A stretch of 64,000 nt of DNA from Pseudomonadota bacterium (GCA_018823135.1 JAHJJF010000051.1:7674-71673), one strand, 5' to 3'; positions 19,755 to 30,217 are shown, numbered from the stretch's first letter. Notes: generated by a model not told the origin, from the sequence alone. Numbers and translations are program-made.

Positions 19755-21038
19755 TTACAGTAATATCCGAGGATCTGTTATGTGCCCGGCAACAGCGGCA
19801 GCAGCAGCAGTCAACGGACTCATCAGATGTACCATGCCGCCCTTGCCCATTCTGCCGTTAAAATTTCTGTTGGTAGTCGATGCGCAGACCTCGCCTGCGG
19901 CCAGCACGCCGTTGCTCATGCCGAGACAAGCCCCACAGGTGGGATTGGTGACACAGAAACCAGCATCCATGAATATTTTAATAATTCCCTCATCCATGGC
20001 TTTTGAATAAACTGCAGGAGTTGCCGGCGCCAGAATACCGCGAACATGTGCCGCGATCTTCTTTCCTTTGAGAATTCGGGCCGCCTGACGCAAATCCTCA
20101 ATTCTGCCGTTAGTACACGACCCCACATAGACCTGATCAATTACCGTTCCTTCCATATCCGAAACATCCCTGACCTCATCAGGTTTAAATCCATAAGTAA
20201 CCTGGGGCGGCAAAGAGGAAACATCAACAATTGTTTCCTTGGCATATTCAGCATCGGCATCGGAGTGCCATTTTGCAAAATCAGTAACCGCCTGCTCAAT
20301 GGAATCATAGTCTTTTTCAATGAAAGGCCAGAGGTATTCAGCGGTAACCCTATCAGGATAACAGATTCCGCAGGTGCCACCGGCTTCAATCGCCATATTG
20401 CACAATGTCATCCTTGATTCCATGGACATGCGGTCAACAACCGGACCAACGAATTCCATAACCATGTCAGTGGCACCGTTTACGGTCAGTTGCTTGATAA
20501 TATTCAGGATGACATCCTTGGCGTAAACACCGTCCTGTAATGTCCCCTGAATATTTACCCGCATGGTCTGCGGCGTCCTGAACGAACAAACACCCTTCAG
20601 AATGCCCACTTCAAGGTCGGTTGTGCCGATGCCGGCGGCAAAAGCGCCAAAGGCACCATGCGTACAGGTATGCGAGTCACCCATAATTATTGTATAGCCG
20701 GGGCGGATGAAACCTTTTTCCGGAAACAGAGCATGACAGACTCCGTTGCTGCCGATATCAAAAAAATCCCTGATTTGATGCCGGCGGGCCCAGTCTCTGA
20801 GAATTTTCGCCTGGGTTGCAGTCTTGGTATCCTTGGAAGGAGTGACATGGTCGACAACCGCCTTGATTTTTGAAGAATCGAATACCCTGTCCATACCGCG
20901 CGCCACAAGATCGTTAATTGCGATGGGCGTGGTGATTTCATGACACATAACCACATCGAGGTCCAGCACGACATTTTCCGGAGAAGGATTATCCCTTAAG
21001 TGCGCATCAAATATTTTCTGTGTGATGGTTTTACCCAT
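19755..21038 (-). CDS. leuC: 3-isopropylmalate dehydratase large subunit (short archaeal-type form)
   Basis: 427 aa aconitase-family protein with GDSHTCTHGA, VGSCTNGR and NRNFNGRMG motifs. Confidence 0.93.
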   Translation of the reverse strand: MGKTITQKIFDAHLRDNPSPENVVLDLDVVMCHEITTPIAINDLVARGMDRVFDSSKIKAVVDHVTPSKDTKTATQAKILRDWARRHQIRDFFDIGSNGVCHALFPEKGFIRPGYTIIMGDSHTCTHGAFGAFAAGIGTTDLEVGILKGVCSFRTPQTMRVNIQGTLQDGVYAKDVILNIIKQLTVNGATDMVMEFVGPVVDRMSMESRMTLCNMAIEAGGTCGICYPDRVTAEYLWPFIEKDYDSIEQAVTDFAKWHSDADAEYAKETIVDVSSLPPQVTYGFKPDEVRDVSDMEGTVIDQVYVGSCTNGRIEDLRQAARILKGKKIAAHVRGILAPATPAVYSKAMDEGIIKIFMDAGFCVTNPTCGACLGMSNGVLAAGEVCASTTNRNFNGRMGKGGMVHLMSPLTAAAAAVAGHITDPRILL

Positions 21039-21310
21039 TTAACTGAAACCTCCATATTACTAAACTTACTTTTGATTTAATAACTCAAGCCTATAAGCCA
21101 TAACTCACTATAATTATATTTTTAAACTGTATTTATAGCGGGTTAACGATTTTATAAAATATATGTAAGTATTGCCACAAATCAGGAAAGAATACTCGTG
21201 CATAAATTTTCCGTCAATAGTTAGCAATAAAAACACAAAAAACAGATTCCGCATGATGTTTTTTTCACTCGGAATTATACTGATTTCTCGGATTTATTAC
21301 TCGCCAAGTC

Positions 21311-21410
21311 TGTCGGCATCGTAATAAGCACGATCCCGACGTCTATCCCGCTTATAAATTAATGTAATTACCGGGGGCGATAATTCAGCATCTGACATAT
21401 CTCGGGGTCA
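21311..21410 (-). repeat. Copy of the ~100-bp structured intergenic element family, about 270 nt upstream of leuC
   Basis: TGTCGGCATCGTAATAAGCACGATCCCGACGTCTATCCCGC...GGGGCGATAATTCAGCATCTGAC aligns block-for-block with 9631-9737. Confidence 0.75.
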
Positions 21411-21444
21411 GTAAGTTTTGATATTGATTGATTATTCTTTAAGA

Positions 21445-21473
21445 TTGTATCAAATTAAACAATGCACTATAAT
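21445..21473 (+). promoter_or_regulatory. Putative sigma70-type promoter for the HD-GAF gene
   Basis: TTGTAT-N17-TATAAT about 60 nt upstream of the ATG at 21532. Confidence 0.45.
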
Positions 21474-21531
21474 GTTTTAAATTTTTATAAATCCTAACTT
21501 TTACAAAGAATATTTTTCCGGAGGATGCACA

Positions 21532-23190
21532 ATGATCCCAATAGGGTCGCCTGGAGGGAACTTTCAAGAAAGCAACGAAAACAAAATTGATCTTATTTAT
21601 GAAATAATCAAACATGAATACGGATCAATCCCCAAACTCATATCCACCCTGATTAGCGATGTAATTGATCTTTACGAAGGTCGCTGGCCGACTCATGAAG
21701 CCTGCATGGTCAGGTACCATACCCTTGACCATGCCGTTGATGTCGCTTTGCTCACGGCGAGGATGGCTTCCGGCTGGAACAGGCAGAAAGACCTGCCGAC
21801 CTTTTCCGAAGAAACCTTTCTCTGTGGACTTGCCGCCGCGATGTTTCACGACACCGGCTATATCAAGGACAAAGGCGACAAAAAAGGAACCGGTGGAAAA
21901 TATACCTTTACTCACGAACAGCGGAGCATGAAGCTTGCCGCAAAATACCTGGCAAAACACAAATGGTCTGCCTATGCGGTTGATACCGTGCCCCGCATCA
22001 TCAGCATTACTGAATACCATAATGAACCTGATCCGAAAGCCATTTTCGAAACAGATCCGGAAGAAAATATGGCTAAAATTGTTGCCACTTCCGATCTGGT
22101 CGCCCAGATGGCAGATATTAATTATATTCAACGGATCAATGACCTGTATGCTGAAATCAATGAAGCCTATGAGTTTGATTCCACCGAGATCCTGGCGAAA
22201 CGAGGCATTCATATCTTTAGTTCCGCCCAGGAAATGATTGACGAAACCATTGGTTTTTATGACACTTTCGTGTTGCCGCGCCTGCAACAGTTTGGCCGGA
22301 TGGACCAGTACCTTGTCGGTTTTTTCGGCGGCGGCCGGAACCCCTACCTTGAAAGCATTGCGGCAAATCTCTCCGGTCATCTGATGGATAAACGCATCCA
22401 ATGGCGGCGCCTGGGAGAAATACTTGAAGAACTCGGGGTGGTTAATTCCAGGCAAATAAAAAAAGCACTGGAAAAACAAAAGCGCATTAAGGACAAAGAA
22501 GCGCAAAGAAAAACCTCCGCCTTTTCCTTACAGGGCAAGCTTCATGACTGGATGGACAGCGCTTCACATTCCGGTAAATGCCTTGGTGATATTCTGATGG
22601 AGATGGGTGTCATCGATCCGACCATTCTCCGCAAAGGCATACTCGACCAGATCATGCCCCCTGCATTGATAAATAATCTCTCCTGCAAGGAATTGATTTT
22701 TATACTCAGGATATCAATACTCCTCCAGAATATCAGCAAAGGCCCCTGGGTCTTTGATCAGATCCTGGAAATGACCAATATTCTTCTTGATTGCGAGGCA
22801 AGTTCAATTCTTCTGGCAAACGATGATGCGTCGGAAATGACCGTCCTGATCCCCACCGGTCCCAAAAGAGACTATCTGCTGAAAAAGAAAATCCCAACGG
22901 ACAAGGGCCTTGCCGGCTGGGTGTTCCGGCATGGTCAACCGGCAGTAGTTACAAATGTTGAAATCGACAAACGTTTCGATGATGAAGTGGACAGACATAT
23001 CGGCTTCATCACCCGCTCCGTTCTTGCGGTGCCCCTCCACACCAACGGTGAGATGATCGGTGTCATGGAAGTGGTCAATAAAAGAAATGCCAATTTTAAT
23101 GTGCACGACATGGACATCCTGACCATGCTTGCCAATGTTATTGCCATATCCCTTGGCGGGCTTGTCAAAATGCACGAAGATATATCCTGA
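21532..23190 (+). CDS. HD domain / GspE_N (MshEN-like) repeats / GAF domain signalling protein
   Basis: 552 aa. HD motifs (HTLDHAVDV, FHDTGY); two RLGxxLxxxGhhxxxxLxxxLxxQ-type repeats (RLGEILEELGVVNSRQIKKALEKQ and CLGDILMEMGVIDPTILRKGILDQ); C-terminal GAF (GLAGWVFRHGQPAVV...SVLAVPL). Confidence 0.82.
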   Translation: MIPIGSPGGNFQESNENKIDLIYEIIKHEYGSIPKLISTLISDVIDLYEGRWPTHEACMVRYHTLDHAVDVALLTARMASGWNRQKDLPTFSEETFLCGLAAAMFHDTGYIKDKGDKKGTGGKYTFTHEQRSMKLAAKYLAKHKWSAYAVDTVPRIISITEYHNEPDPKAIFETDPEENMAKIVATSDLVAQMADINYIQRINDLYAEINEAYEFDSTEILAKRGIHIFSSAQEMIDETIGFYDTFVLPRLQQFGRMDQYLVGFFGGGRNPYLESIAANLSGHLMDKRIQWRRLGEILEELGVVNSRQIKKALEKQKRIKDKEAQRKTSAFSLQGKLHDWMDSASHSGKCLGDILMEMGVIDPTILRKGILDQIMPPALINNLSCKELIFILRISILLQNISKGPWVFDQILEMTNILLDCEASSILLANDDASEMTVLIPTGPKRDYLLKKKIPTDKGLAGWVFRHGQPAVVTNVEIDKRFDDEVDRHIGFITRSVLAVPLHTNGEMIGVMEVVNKRNANFNVHDMDILTMLANVIAISLGGLVKMHEDIS

Positions 23191-23261
23191 CTTTTCTCGA
23201 GAATTTCCTCTTACAGATAGCAGACTTTCACGATTTCTTGCTTATCATTACGGAGTTATCA

Positions 23262-25055
23262 ATGCGATTATCCTGTGGACTATTCAGCACAACGCTGGCC
23301 CTTCTCTCTGTATTTTTCTTTTCAAATCCGGCAATTGCGGCGCATGGAATCAGTATTGACGGCAACCTGAAATATCCTGCGGATTTTAAAAAATTCGACT
23401 ATGCGTCAGAATCGGCTAAAAAAGGCGGTCATCTAGTATTGCACGGCCTTGGCAGTTTCGACAAGATGAACCCTTTTACCGTCAAAGGAACCGAACCGGA
23501 CGGGATTAACGAGCTTGTTTTTGAAACACTGGCAATTCCAAGCCTTGACGAACCTTTTGCCGAATACGGTCTGGTTGCAAAAGATATTGCAGTTGCTGAA
23601 GACAAACGCTCTGTCACTTTTACCATTGATGAACGCGCCAGGTTTTCCGACGGTACTCCCATCACCCCTGAAGATATCAAGTTTTCCCTGGAAACCCTCA
23701 AAAGCGATAAAGCGCTTCCCAACTATCAGCTTTATTTTCAAGACATTACCCGGGCTGAAATTATCAAACCCGACAAGATAACCTTCTATTTTTCACAGAA
23801 GAACAGAGAGCTGCACATGATTGCCGCGCAGCTGCCGGTTCTGTCAAAAAAATTCTACACCGCGCATCCTTTCGGGGCCCCATCGCTCATTCCTCCCCTT
23901 GCATCCGGTCCGTATATCGTCTCAGATTTCAAGCCGGACAAGCACATCACCTACACGCGGAATGAAAATTATTGGGCAAAAGACCATCCCGTCCGCAAGG
24001 GAATATTTAATTTTGACAAAATCACCTATAAATATTTCAAAGATCAACTGGTTTCCCTTGAAGCGTTCAAAGCCCACGAATTCGACTTCATGTACATCAA
24101 TATCGCCAAACAATGGGCTCGCGATCTCGACGGCGAAAAATACGACAAAAAAATACTTGTTAAAGAATTGCTGCAGCATAAAAACAACCAGGGCATGCAG
24201 GGGTTTGTCTTTAACACCCGAAAAACAATTTTTACCGACCGCAAGGTCCGTAATGCCATCGGCCTGGCCTTTGATTTTGAATGGACAAATACATCCCTCT
24301 TTTTTGACCAGTACACGGCAAGCAACAGTTATTTCAGCAACTCAGAACTTGCAGCAAGCGGACTGCCGGGTAAAAAAGAACTTGAACTCCTCAAACCCTT
24401 TAAGGACAAACTCCCTCCGGAAGTCTTCACCACACCCCTCACCCCGGTTTCCACCGCCCCACCCCAAAGCCTGCGCGCAAACCTCCGGGAAGCAAAAAAT
24501 CTCCTCGCTCTTGCCGGATGGACCATTCAGGACGGCCAATTGAAGAATCAATCAGGTGAACCGTTTCAATTTGAGATACTGCTCTATTCACCTTCTTTTG
24601 CCCGGGTCATGGAACCCTTCACCAATAATTTGAAAAAACTCGGCATTGATGCGAATTATCGCCAGATCGACATCGCCCTCTATATTCAAAGAATGCAGAA
24701 ACATGATTTCGACATGATGGTTTACACCTATGGGCAATCCCAATCTCCTGGAAACGAACAACGCAATTTCTGGCATTCGGTTTCCCTTGATATGGAGGGA
24801 TCCCTTAACCTGGCCGGGATTAATGATCCGGCTATCGACTATCTGGTTGATAAATTAATCTATGCCGAAACCAGGGAAGAGCTGGAAACCGCCTGCAAAG
24901 GACTCGACCGTCTGCTCTGGTACGGATATTACCTGGTGCCGAACTGGTATATCGCCAACCACCGGATCACCTACAGAAATATCTTTAACCGCCCCGAGCA
25001 ATTGCCGCTTTATTACAGCCCGTTTCAAGCGCTTATGACCTGGTGGATGAAGTAG
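23262..25055 (+). CDS. yejA: ABC transporter substrate-binding protein, family 5 (YejA-like peptide/microcin C type)
   Basis: Signal peptide and a large SBP_bac_5-type protein, first gene of a yejABEF-like operon. ACGGAG RBS before the ATG at 23262; the ORF track starts at 23238. Confidence 0.85.
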   Translation: MRLSCGLFSTTLALLSVFFFSNPAIAAHGISIDGNLKYPADFKKFDYASESAKKGGHLVLHGLGSFDKMNPFTVKGTEPDGINELVFETLAIPSLDEPFAEYGLVAKDIAVAEDKRSVTFTIDERARFSDGTPITPEDIKFSLETLKSDKALPNYQLYFQDITRAEIIKPDKITFYFSQKNRELHMIAAQLPVLSKKFYTAHPFGAPSLIPPLASGPYIVSDFKPDKHITYTRNENYWAKDHPVRKGIFNFDKITYKYFKDQLVSLEAFKAHEFDFMYINIAKQWARDLDGEKYDKKILVKELLQHKNNQGMQGFVFNTRKTIFTDRKVRNAIGLAFDFEWTNTSLFFDQYTASNSYFSNSELAASGLPGKKELELLKPFKDKLPPEVFTTPLTPVSTAPPQSLRANLREAKNLLALAGWTIQDGQLKNQSGEPFQFEILLYSPSFARVMEPFTNNLKKLGIDANYRQIDIALYIQRMQKHDFDMMVYTYGQSQSPGNEQRNFWHSVSLDMEGSLNLAGINDPAIDYLVDKLIYAETREELETACKGLDRLLWYGYYLVPNWYIANHRITYRNIFNRPEQLPLYYSPFQALMTWWMK

Positions 25056-25058
25056 CCG

Positions 25059-26120
25059 ATGCTCACCTATCTTCTCAAGCGAACCCTGCTGATGATTCCC
25101 ACCCTTTTCGGGATCATGCTGATTACGTTCACGGTGACGCAATTCGTTCCCGGCGGCCCGGTTGAACGAAAAATCGCCGAACTTCAGGGTCAGGGAGGCG
25201 GGCCAAGCGAAATCAGGATCGCCGGCAAAGGCGATCTCTATCACGGCAGCAAAGGGCTTGATCAGGAAAAAATTGAACAACTCCGAAAAATGTACGGCTT
25301 TGACAAACCTCCGGTGAGCCGTTTTTTTTCGATGATCAAGAATTACCTGTTATTTGATTTCGGTGAAAGTTATTACCATCACCGGAAAGTAACCGAGCTG
25401 GTCATCTCAAAATTGCCGGTGTCAATGTCCCTTGGCTTATGGTCATTTTTCATCGTTTATTCCGTCTGCATTCCTCTGGGCATTTCCAAGGCCATGCGCG
25501 ACGGCTCGAAATTCGATGTCATCACCAGCTCCGTAATCCTTGTGGGCTATGCAATACCCGGCTTTGTTCTTGCAGTTTTTCTTATCGTGCTTTTCGGCGG
25601 CGGATCATTCTGGGACATTTTCCCGTTACGGAACCTGACCTCAGATAATTTTTCCGAACTGAGCCTGATCGGCAAAATCCTTGATTATCTCTGGCACATG
25701 GTCCTGCCCATCATCTCAAGCGCCATCGGCAGTCTTGCAGTAATGACCCTGCTCACCAAAAACAGTTTTTTAGAGGAAATCAGAAAACAGTATGTACTTA
25801 CCGCCAGGGCCAAAGGCTTGAGCGAAAAACGGGTTCTGTATAAACATGTGTTCAGAAACGCCATTATCCCGATTATCACTGGTTTTCCAGGATCATTTAT
25901 CACCGCTTTTTTTACCGGCAGCTTACTCATCGAAACCGTTTTCTCGCTGGATGGCATGGGGCTGCTCGGCTACAACTCGGTGATGAACCGCGATTATCCG
26001 GTTGTGCTGGGACTGCTCTATTTCTTCACGATAATCGGTCTGGTTTCCCGGCTGCTCACCGATATCAGCTATGTCATGGTTGACCCGAGAATCACCTTTG
26101 AAAGCTCGGAAAGTTCTTAA
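25059..26120 (+). CDS. yejB: ABC transporter permease (YejB-like)
   Basis: 353 aa polytopic protein with a BPD_transp_1-type EAA loop region (YVLTARAKGLSEKRVLYKHVFRNA). Confidence 0.9.
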   Translation: MLTYLLKRTLLMIPTLFGIMLITFTVTQFVPGGPVERKIAELQGQGGGPSEIRIAGKGDLYHGSKGLDQEKIEQLRKMYGFDKPPVSRFFSMIKNYLLFDFGESYYHHRKVTELVISKLPVSMSLGLWSFFIVYSVCIPLGISKAMRDGSKFDVITSSVILVGYAIPGFVLAVFLIVLFGGGSFWDIFPLRNLTSDNFSELSLIGKILDYLWHMVLPIISSAIGSLAVMTLLTKNSFLEEIRKQYVLTARAKGLSEKRVLYKHVFRNAIIPIITGFPGSFITAFFTGSLLIETVFSLDGMGLLGYNSVMNRDYPVVLGLLYFFTIIGLVSRLLTDISYVMVDPRITFESSESS

Positions 26121-26125
26121 CCTTT

Positions 26126-27151
26126 ATGACTCGAAAAAACAGCCTGCTCAGGCGCCGATGGGACAGATTCAAAAAGAACAGAAGAGGATATTACAGCCTG
26201 GTAATATTTTCTATTCTCTTTGTGATCTGTCTTTTTGCCGAGATGATCAGCAATGATAAACCACTGATCATTCATTATAACGACGGCTACTCGTTTCCGG
26301 TGTTCAAACAATATCCGGAAACTGCCTATGGCGGTGATTTTGAGACGGAAGCCGATTACAAAGATCCCTATATCCTGGAAAAAATCACAAAAGGCAACAA
26401 CTGGACGCTGTTTCCGCCAAATCCACACAGCTATAATTCAATCAACCTCCATATCGACCAACCAGTACCATCCCCTCCCACCAAGGTTAATTATCTGGGC
26501 ACCGATGACCGGGGAAGAGACGTCCTGGCGCGCTTGATCTACGGATTCAGACTTTCTGTTATTTTCGGGTTTTCATTAACCTTTGTCGGCACCCTGCTCG
26601 GCATGTTTTTCGGCGCGGTTCAGGGATATTTCGGCGGCAAAACCGATCTTATATTTCAGCGGTTTATCGAGATCTGGAGTTCCATGCCCGAGCTGTATCT
26701 GCTGATCATTTTTGCATCGATCTTCAAACCGAGCTTTCTCCTGCTCCTGATCCTGCTGTCGCTTTTCGGCTGGATGGGCCTGTCGGACTATGTCAGGGCG
26801 GAATTTCTCAAAGGCAGAAACATGGAATACGTCAAGGCCGCCAAAGCCCTTGGCGTGAATAACGCAACCATAATGTACAGACATCTGATGCCCAACAGCA
26901 TGACGCCGGTGATCACCTTTCTGCCGTTCCGGTTGTCAGGTGCTATCCTTGCCCTTACCAGTCTTGATTTCCTCGGCCTGGGACTTCCACCTCCCGCCCC
27001 GAGTCTCGGCGAACTGCTCGCCCAGGGAAAAGGCAATATTGATGCATGGTGGCTGTCGATCAGCACCTTTGTCGTTTTAGTAGGTATGCTGATTCTGCTC
27101 ATCTTTGTCGGCGAAGCGCTGCGCGAGGCATTTGATCCAAGAAAGACATGA
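26126..27151 (+). CDS. yejE: ABC transporter permease (YejE-like)
   Basis: 341 aa polytopic protein with EYVKAAKALGVNNATIMYRHLMPN, typical of DppC/YejE permeases. Confidence 0.9.
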   Translation: MTRKNSLLRRRWDRFKKNRRGYYSLVIFSILFVICLFAEMISNDKPLIIHYNDGYSFPVFKQYPETAYGGDFETEADYKDPYILEKITKGNNWTLFPPNPHSYNSINLHIDQPVPSPPTKVNYLGTDDRGRDVLARLIYGFRLSVIFGFSLTFVGTLLGMFFGAVQGYFGGKTDLIFQRFIEIWSSMPELYLLIIFASIFKPSFLLLLILLSLFGWMGLSDYVRAEFLKGRNMEYVKAAKALGVNNATIMYRHLMPNSMTPVITFLPFRLSGAILALTSLDFLGLGLPPPAPSLGELLAQGKGNIDAWWLSISTFVVLVGMLILLIFVGEALREAFDPRKT

Positions 27152-28764
27152 CAATGACAGAAAACAACCTTTTGCAGATTAAGAATCTCTCCATGGGATT
27201 CCATACGGAATCCGGCTTCTCGCCGGTGCTCGATGAGGTCTGCCTTGAAATCGCCAGGGGCGAAACCGTGGCCCTTGTTGGAGAATCCGGTTCCGGTAAA
27301 TCGGTCACCGCCCTGTCTATCCTGCAATTATTGGAGCGCCAGACCGTGCAGTCCAGCGGCGAGATCATCTTTGAAACCAAGGATATGCTCAAACTCCCGG
27401 AAGCGCAGTTACGGAAAATCCGCGGCAACAGAATCGCCATGATTTTCCAGGAACCCATGACCTCGCTCAATCCGGTCTATTCCATCGGCAACCAGCTCAT
27501 TGAACCGCTGATGCTTCATCAGGGGCTTGATAAAGATACAGCCCGATCACGCGCCATTGAACTTCTTAAAACAACAGGAATTTCAAATCCGGAAGACCGT
27601 ATCAATAATTACCCGCACCAGTTATCAGGCGGCCAGCGACAGCGGGTGATGATCGCCATTGCCCTGGCCTGCCATCCGGTTCTGCTCATTGCCGACGAAC
27701 CCACCACTGCATTGGATGTAACTATTCAGGCCCAGATCCTTGCGCTGATCCGTGACATCCAGCAGGAAATGAACATGGCAGTGCTGCTGATCACCCATGA
27801 TTTGAATATGGTGAAAAAATTCGCCCGGCGCCTCTACATCATGCATCAGGGAAAAATCGTTGAACACGGCATGACCAAAGATATTTTTTCATCGCCCAAA
27901 GCCCCCTATACCATTCATCTTCTTAACAGTGTGCCATCCGGAGAACCAGCCCCTAAACCGGCATCAGCACCGATCCTGACGATCAACAACCTGCAATGCT
28001 CCTTTTCCCTGAAAGCCGGTTTTTTCAAACGCCAGGTGGGTGAAATCCGGGCCGTTGACCAGGTAAGCATCACCATCCGCCAGGGCACTACTTACGGCAT
28101 CGTCGGCGAATCCGGTTCCGGCAAGAGCACCCTGGGGATGTGCATTCTACGGCTCACCGGCTGCAACGGTGAAATCCTTTACAACGATGAGAACCTTCTT
28201 TCCCTGACCAACAGACAAATGCGGCCTTTACGAAAAGAATTCCAGGTGGTGTTTCAGGACCCCTTTGCCTCCCTTTCGCCACGGCTCACCGTGGAACAGA
28301 TAATCGCCGAAGGCCTCCAGGTCCATAAGCCGGAATTATCAAAAGAACAAAGACGCAAATCCGTTGAGGCGGCGCTTACCGAAGTCGGCCTGGAACAGGA
28401 TATGGCCCAGCGGTATCCCCACGAATTTTCCGGCGGGCAGCGGCAGCGCATCGCCATTGCCCGGGCGATGATCCTTAAACCGAAGTTTCTCATCCTGGAC
28501 GAACCAACCAGCGCCCTGGACATGACCATTCAAGCCCAGATCATCGATCTTCTGCGGGATTTCCAGAAAAAATACGGCATGACCTATCTGTTCATTTCCC
28601 ATGATCTTCGGGTAATCCGTGCCATGGCCGATGATATCGCTGTGATGCAAAACGGCAGAATCGTTGAATCCGGTCAGGCAGCTGAAATATTCCGCAACCC
28701 GCAACATCCCTACACCAGGCAACTTTTTTCAGCCGCATTCAATCTTGACATCATCACCCCGTAA
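27148..28764 (+). CDS. yejF: ABC transporter ATP-binding protein with duplicated ATPase domains (YejF-like)
   Basis: 538 aa with two Walker A sites (GESGSGKS twice), two LSGGQRQR signatures, and an ATGA overlap with yejE. Confidence 0.93.
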   Translation: MTMTENNLLQIKNLSMGFHTESGFSPVLDEVCLEIARGETVALVGESGSGKSVTALSILQLLERQTVQSSGEIIFETKDMLKLPEAQLRKIRGNRIAMIFQEPMTSLNPVYSIGNQLIEPLMLHQGLDKDTARSRAIELLKTTGISNPEDRINNYPHQLSGGQRQRVMIAIALACHPVLLIADEPTTALDVTIQAQILALIRDIQQEMNMAVLLITHDLNMVKKFARRLYIMHQGKIVEHGMTKDIFSSPKAPYTIHLLNSVPSGEPAPKPASAPILTINNLQCSFSLKAGFFKRQVGEIRAVDQVSITIRQGTTYGIVGESGSGKSTLGMCILRLTGCNGEILYNDENLLSLTNRQMRPLRKEFQVVFQDPFASLSPRLTVEQIIAEGLQVHKPELSKEQRRKSVEAALTEVGLEQDMAQRYPHEFSGGQRQRIAIARAMILKPKFLILDEPTSALDMTIQAQIIDLLRDFQKKYGMTYLFISHDLRVIRAMADDIAVMQNGRIVESGQAAEIFRNPQHPYTRQLFSAAFNLDIITP

Positions 28765-28912
28765 TCATTATTCAAAACTGTTAACCGGGAAATGCTTATT
28801 TAATGACGTTAACCTCTTCTTGTCCGGTTAGTGAGGCAATATAGTTCCCCCAAAAGGGATAAAAAATCCCCCCCTCCAGAACCATATCATGCAAATACCG
28901 CTGAACTGAATA

Positions 28913-30217
28913 TCAATGAGTTGCACAGGTTAGACACGGGTCAAACATCCGGATACATCTGCCAATCTGCTTTTCCCCCTGCGGTGAAATACTATTTCCA
29001 GAGATATGACCTTGCGCCAGATCCCTTAAAACCATATTGATATAGGCATTATTAAATTGCGTTGCAACCAGAAGTCGTAACCGCTCGATCTTTCCCCTAT
29101 TCACCAGATAACTATGAACCAGCACTCCACGTGGCGCTTCAACAATTCCGATGCCACGGCCGCTCACATCAAAATCAATCTCCGGTGTGGCAAGGTCCTG
29201 CAATTTTATTTTCTTGAGTAGCGCAAGGATCTGTTTTGCTGAAAGAAATATCTCAAGCAGGCGGGCAGTATCAAAGCTGTCCAAATATGTTGTCACATTC
29301 TGCTTGAGGTGTTTGGTGATTCCAAGGTCTTTGAGGTCTTCGTCCTGAAGTACGCCATTATCCTGATAGACTCGTGACAACGGTCCGACAAGAAGAATTC
29401 CCCCAGGAAATCCCATATGGGTGAGATAGGGGAATTTTGCAAATGACCAATCAACCCGAAGCTCGGAGATATGGTCTTCAAGGGAATCGCCGGAAAATTC
29501 CTGACAAACCTTGCCCTGGTCGTCAAAAACCCTGAATTTTTCCCGGCCTGGACGTCCATCATATGTAAGGAAATTAACCCGTTGCCCGGCAGGATAAGGA
29601 ATGCTGTTATGCCCGTAATGATCTTTATCAAGAGTGGAAATCAGGTGGTAGGTGGTTGCTTTAATCTCGGCCGCAATCCGTTTAATTTCATTCAGTTCCT
29701 CTTCAGTGGGCAGAATATTAAACCGGCCGACGGCCATGGACACGGGATGCACAGCGCGTTTGCCGACGATTTCGATGATGCGGTTCCCTGCTTTTCTCAG
29801 GAAAAATGCATCCTCGGCAACTTTAGGATACATCTTTTTCAGATCAAAAAGCCCCTTTGATGAACCAATCAGATCGGGATAAGTCAGAAAAAAATAACTC
29901 AAGGCGTGGCTGCTGATTCTCTCTCCCAGAAGGGCAACCTGCCGAAGCATGTCAACCGAGGGTTCCACCTCGAGGCCCAGGGCATTTTCAACCGCCCTGA
30001 AACCAGCAACCTGATGCGCTGTACTGCATAATCCGCAGATTCTGGAAATGATATGCGGCGCCAGCTCGATACGTTTGCCAATCATGATTTTTTCAAATGC
30101 TCTGAAATCCTGGACCATGAAACGCGCCGCCTTAAGCTCGCCATCTTCCACCTCAATATGGATGTCAGCATTCCCTTCAATCCGCGTTGCTTTTTGAAGA
30201 ACTATTTCCCTGCTCAC
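28913..30217 (-). CDS. [NiFe]-hydrogenase large subunit (group-3-like), no C-terminal extension
   Basis: 434 aa with N-terminal RICGLCSTAH and C-terminal DPCLTCATH followed directly by the stop codon. The GTG start overlaps the small-subunit stop (GTGA). Confidence 0.9.
   Translation of the reverse strand: MSREIVLQKATRIEGNADIHIEVEDGELKAARFMVQDFRAFEKIMIGKRIELAPHIISRICGLCSTAHQVAGFRAVENALGLEVEPSVDMLRQVALLGERISSHALSYFFLTYPDLIGSSKGLFDLKKMYPKVAEDAFFLRKAGNRIIEIVGKRAVHPVSMAVGRFNILPTEEELNEIKRIAAEIKATTYHLISTLDKDHYGHNSIPYPAGQRVNFLTYDGRPGREKFRVFDDQGKVCQEFSGDSLEDHISELRVDWSFAKFPYLTHMGFPGGILLVGPLSRVYQDNGVLQDEDLKDLGITKHLKQNVTTYLDSFDTARLLEIFLSAKQILALLKKIKLQDLATPEIDFDVSGRGIGIVEAPRGVLVHSYLVNRGKIERLRLLVATQFNNAYINMVLRDLAQGHISGNSISPQGEKQIGRCIRMFDPCLTCATH

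Noticed and set aside
21039-21310. Leucine leader-peptide attenuator or T-box upstream of leuC; the same question applies to 59860-59932 upstream of leuA
   Set aside because: No short ORF with consecutive Leu codons, and no T-box specifier or antiterminator pattern, was recognised. The leuA upstream gap is only 73 bp.
21625-22506. 293-aa minus-strand ORF
   Set aside because: Antisense shadow of the HD-GspE_N-GAF gene, with no RBS or recognisable domain. The same reasoning applies to 36300-36887 (antisense to HDOD-GAF), 39874-40530 (antisense to the hydrolase), 56033-56644 (antisense to asd), 58810-59445 (antisense to leuA) and 26788-27327.
23821-24543. 240-aa + strand ORF inside yejA
   Set aside because: It is an out-of-frame overlap with the YejA-like substrate-binding protein. 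The translation is Ser/Pro/Thr/Arg-rich and not protein-like.
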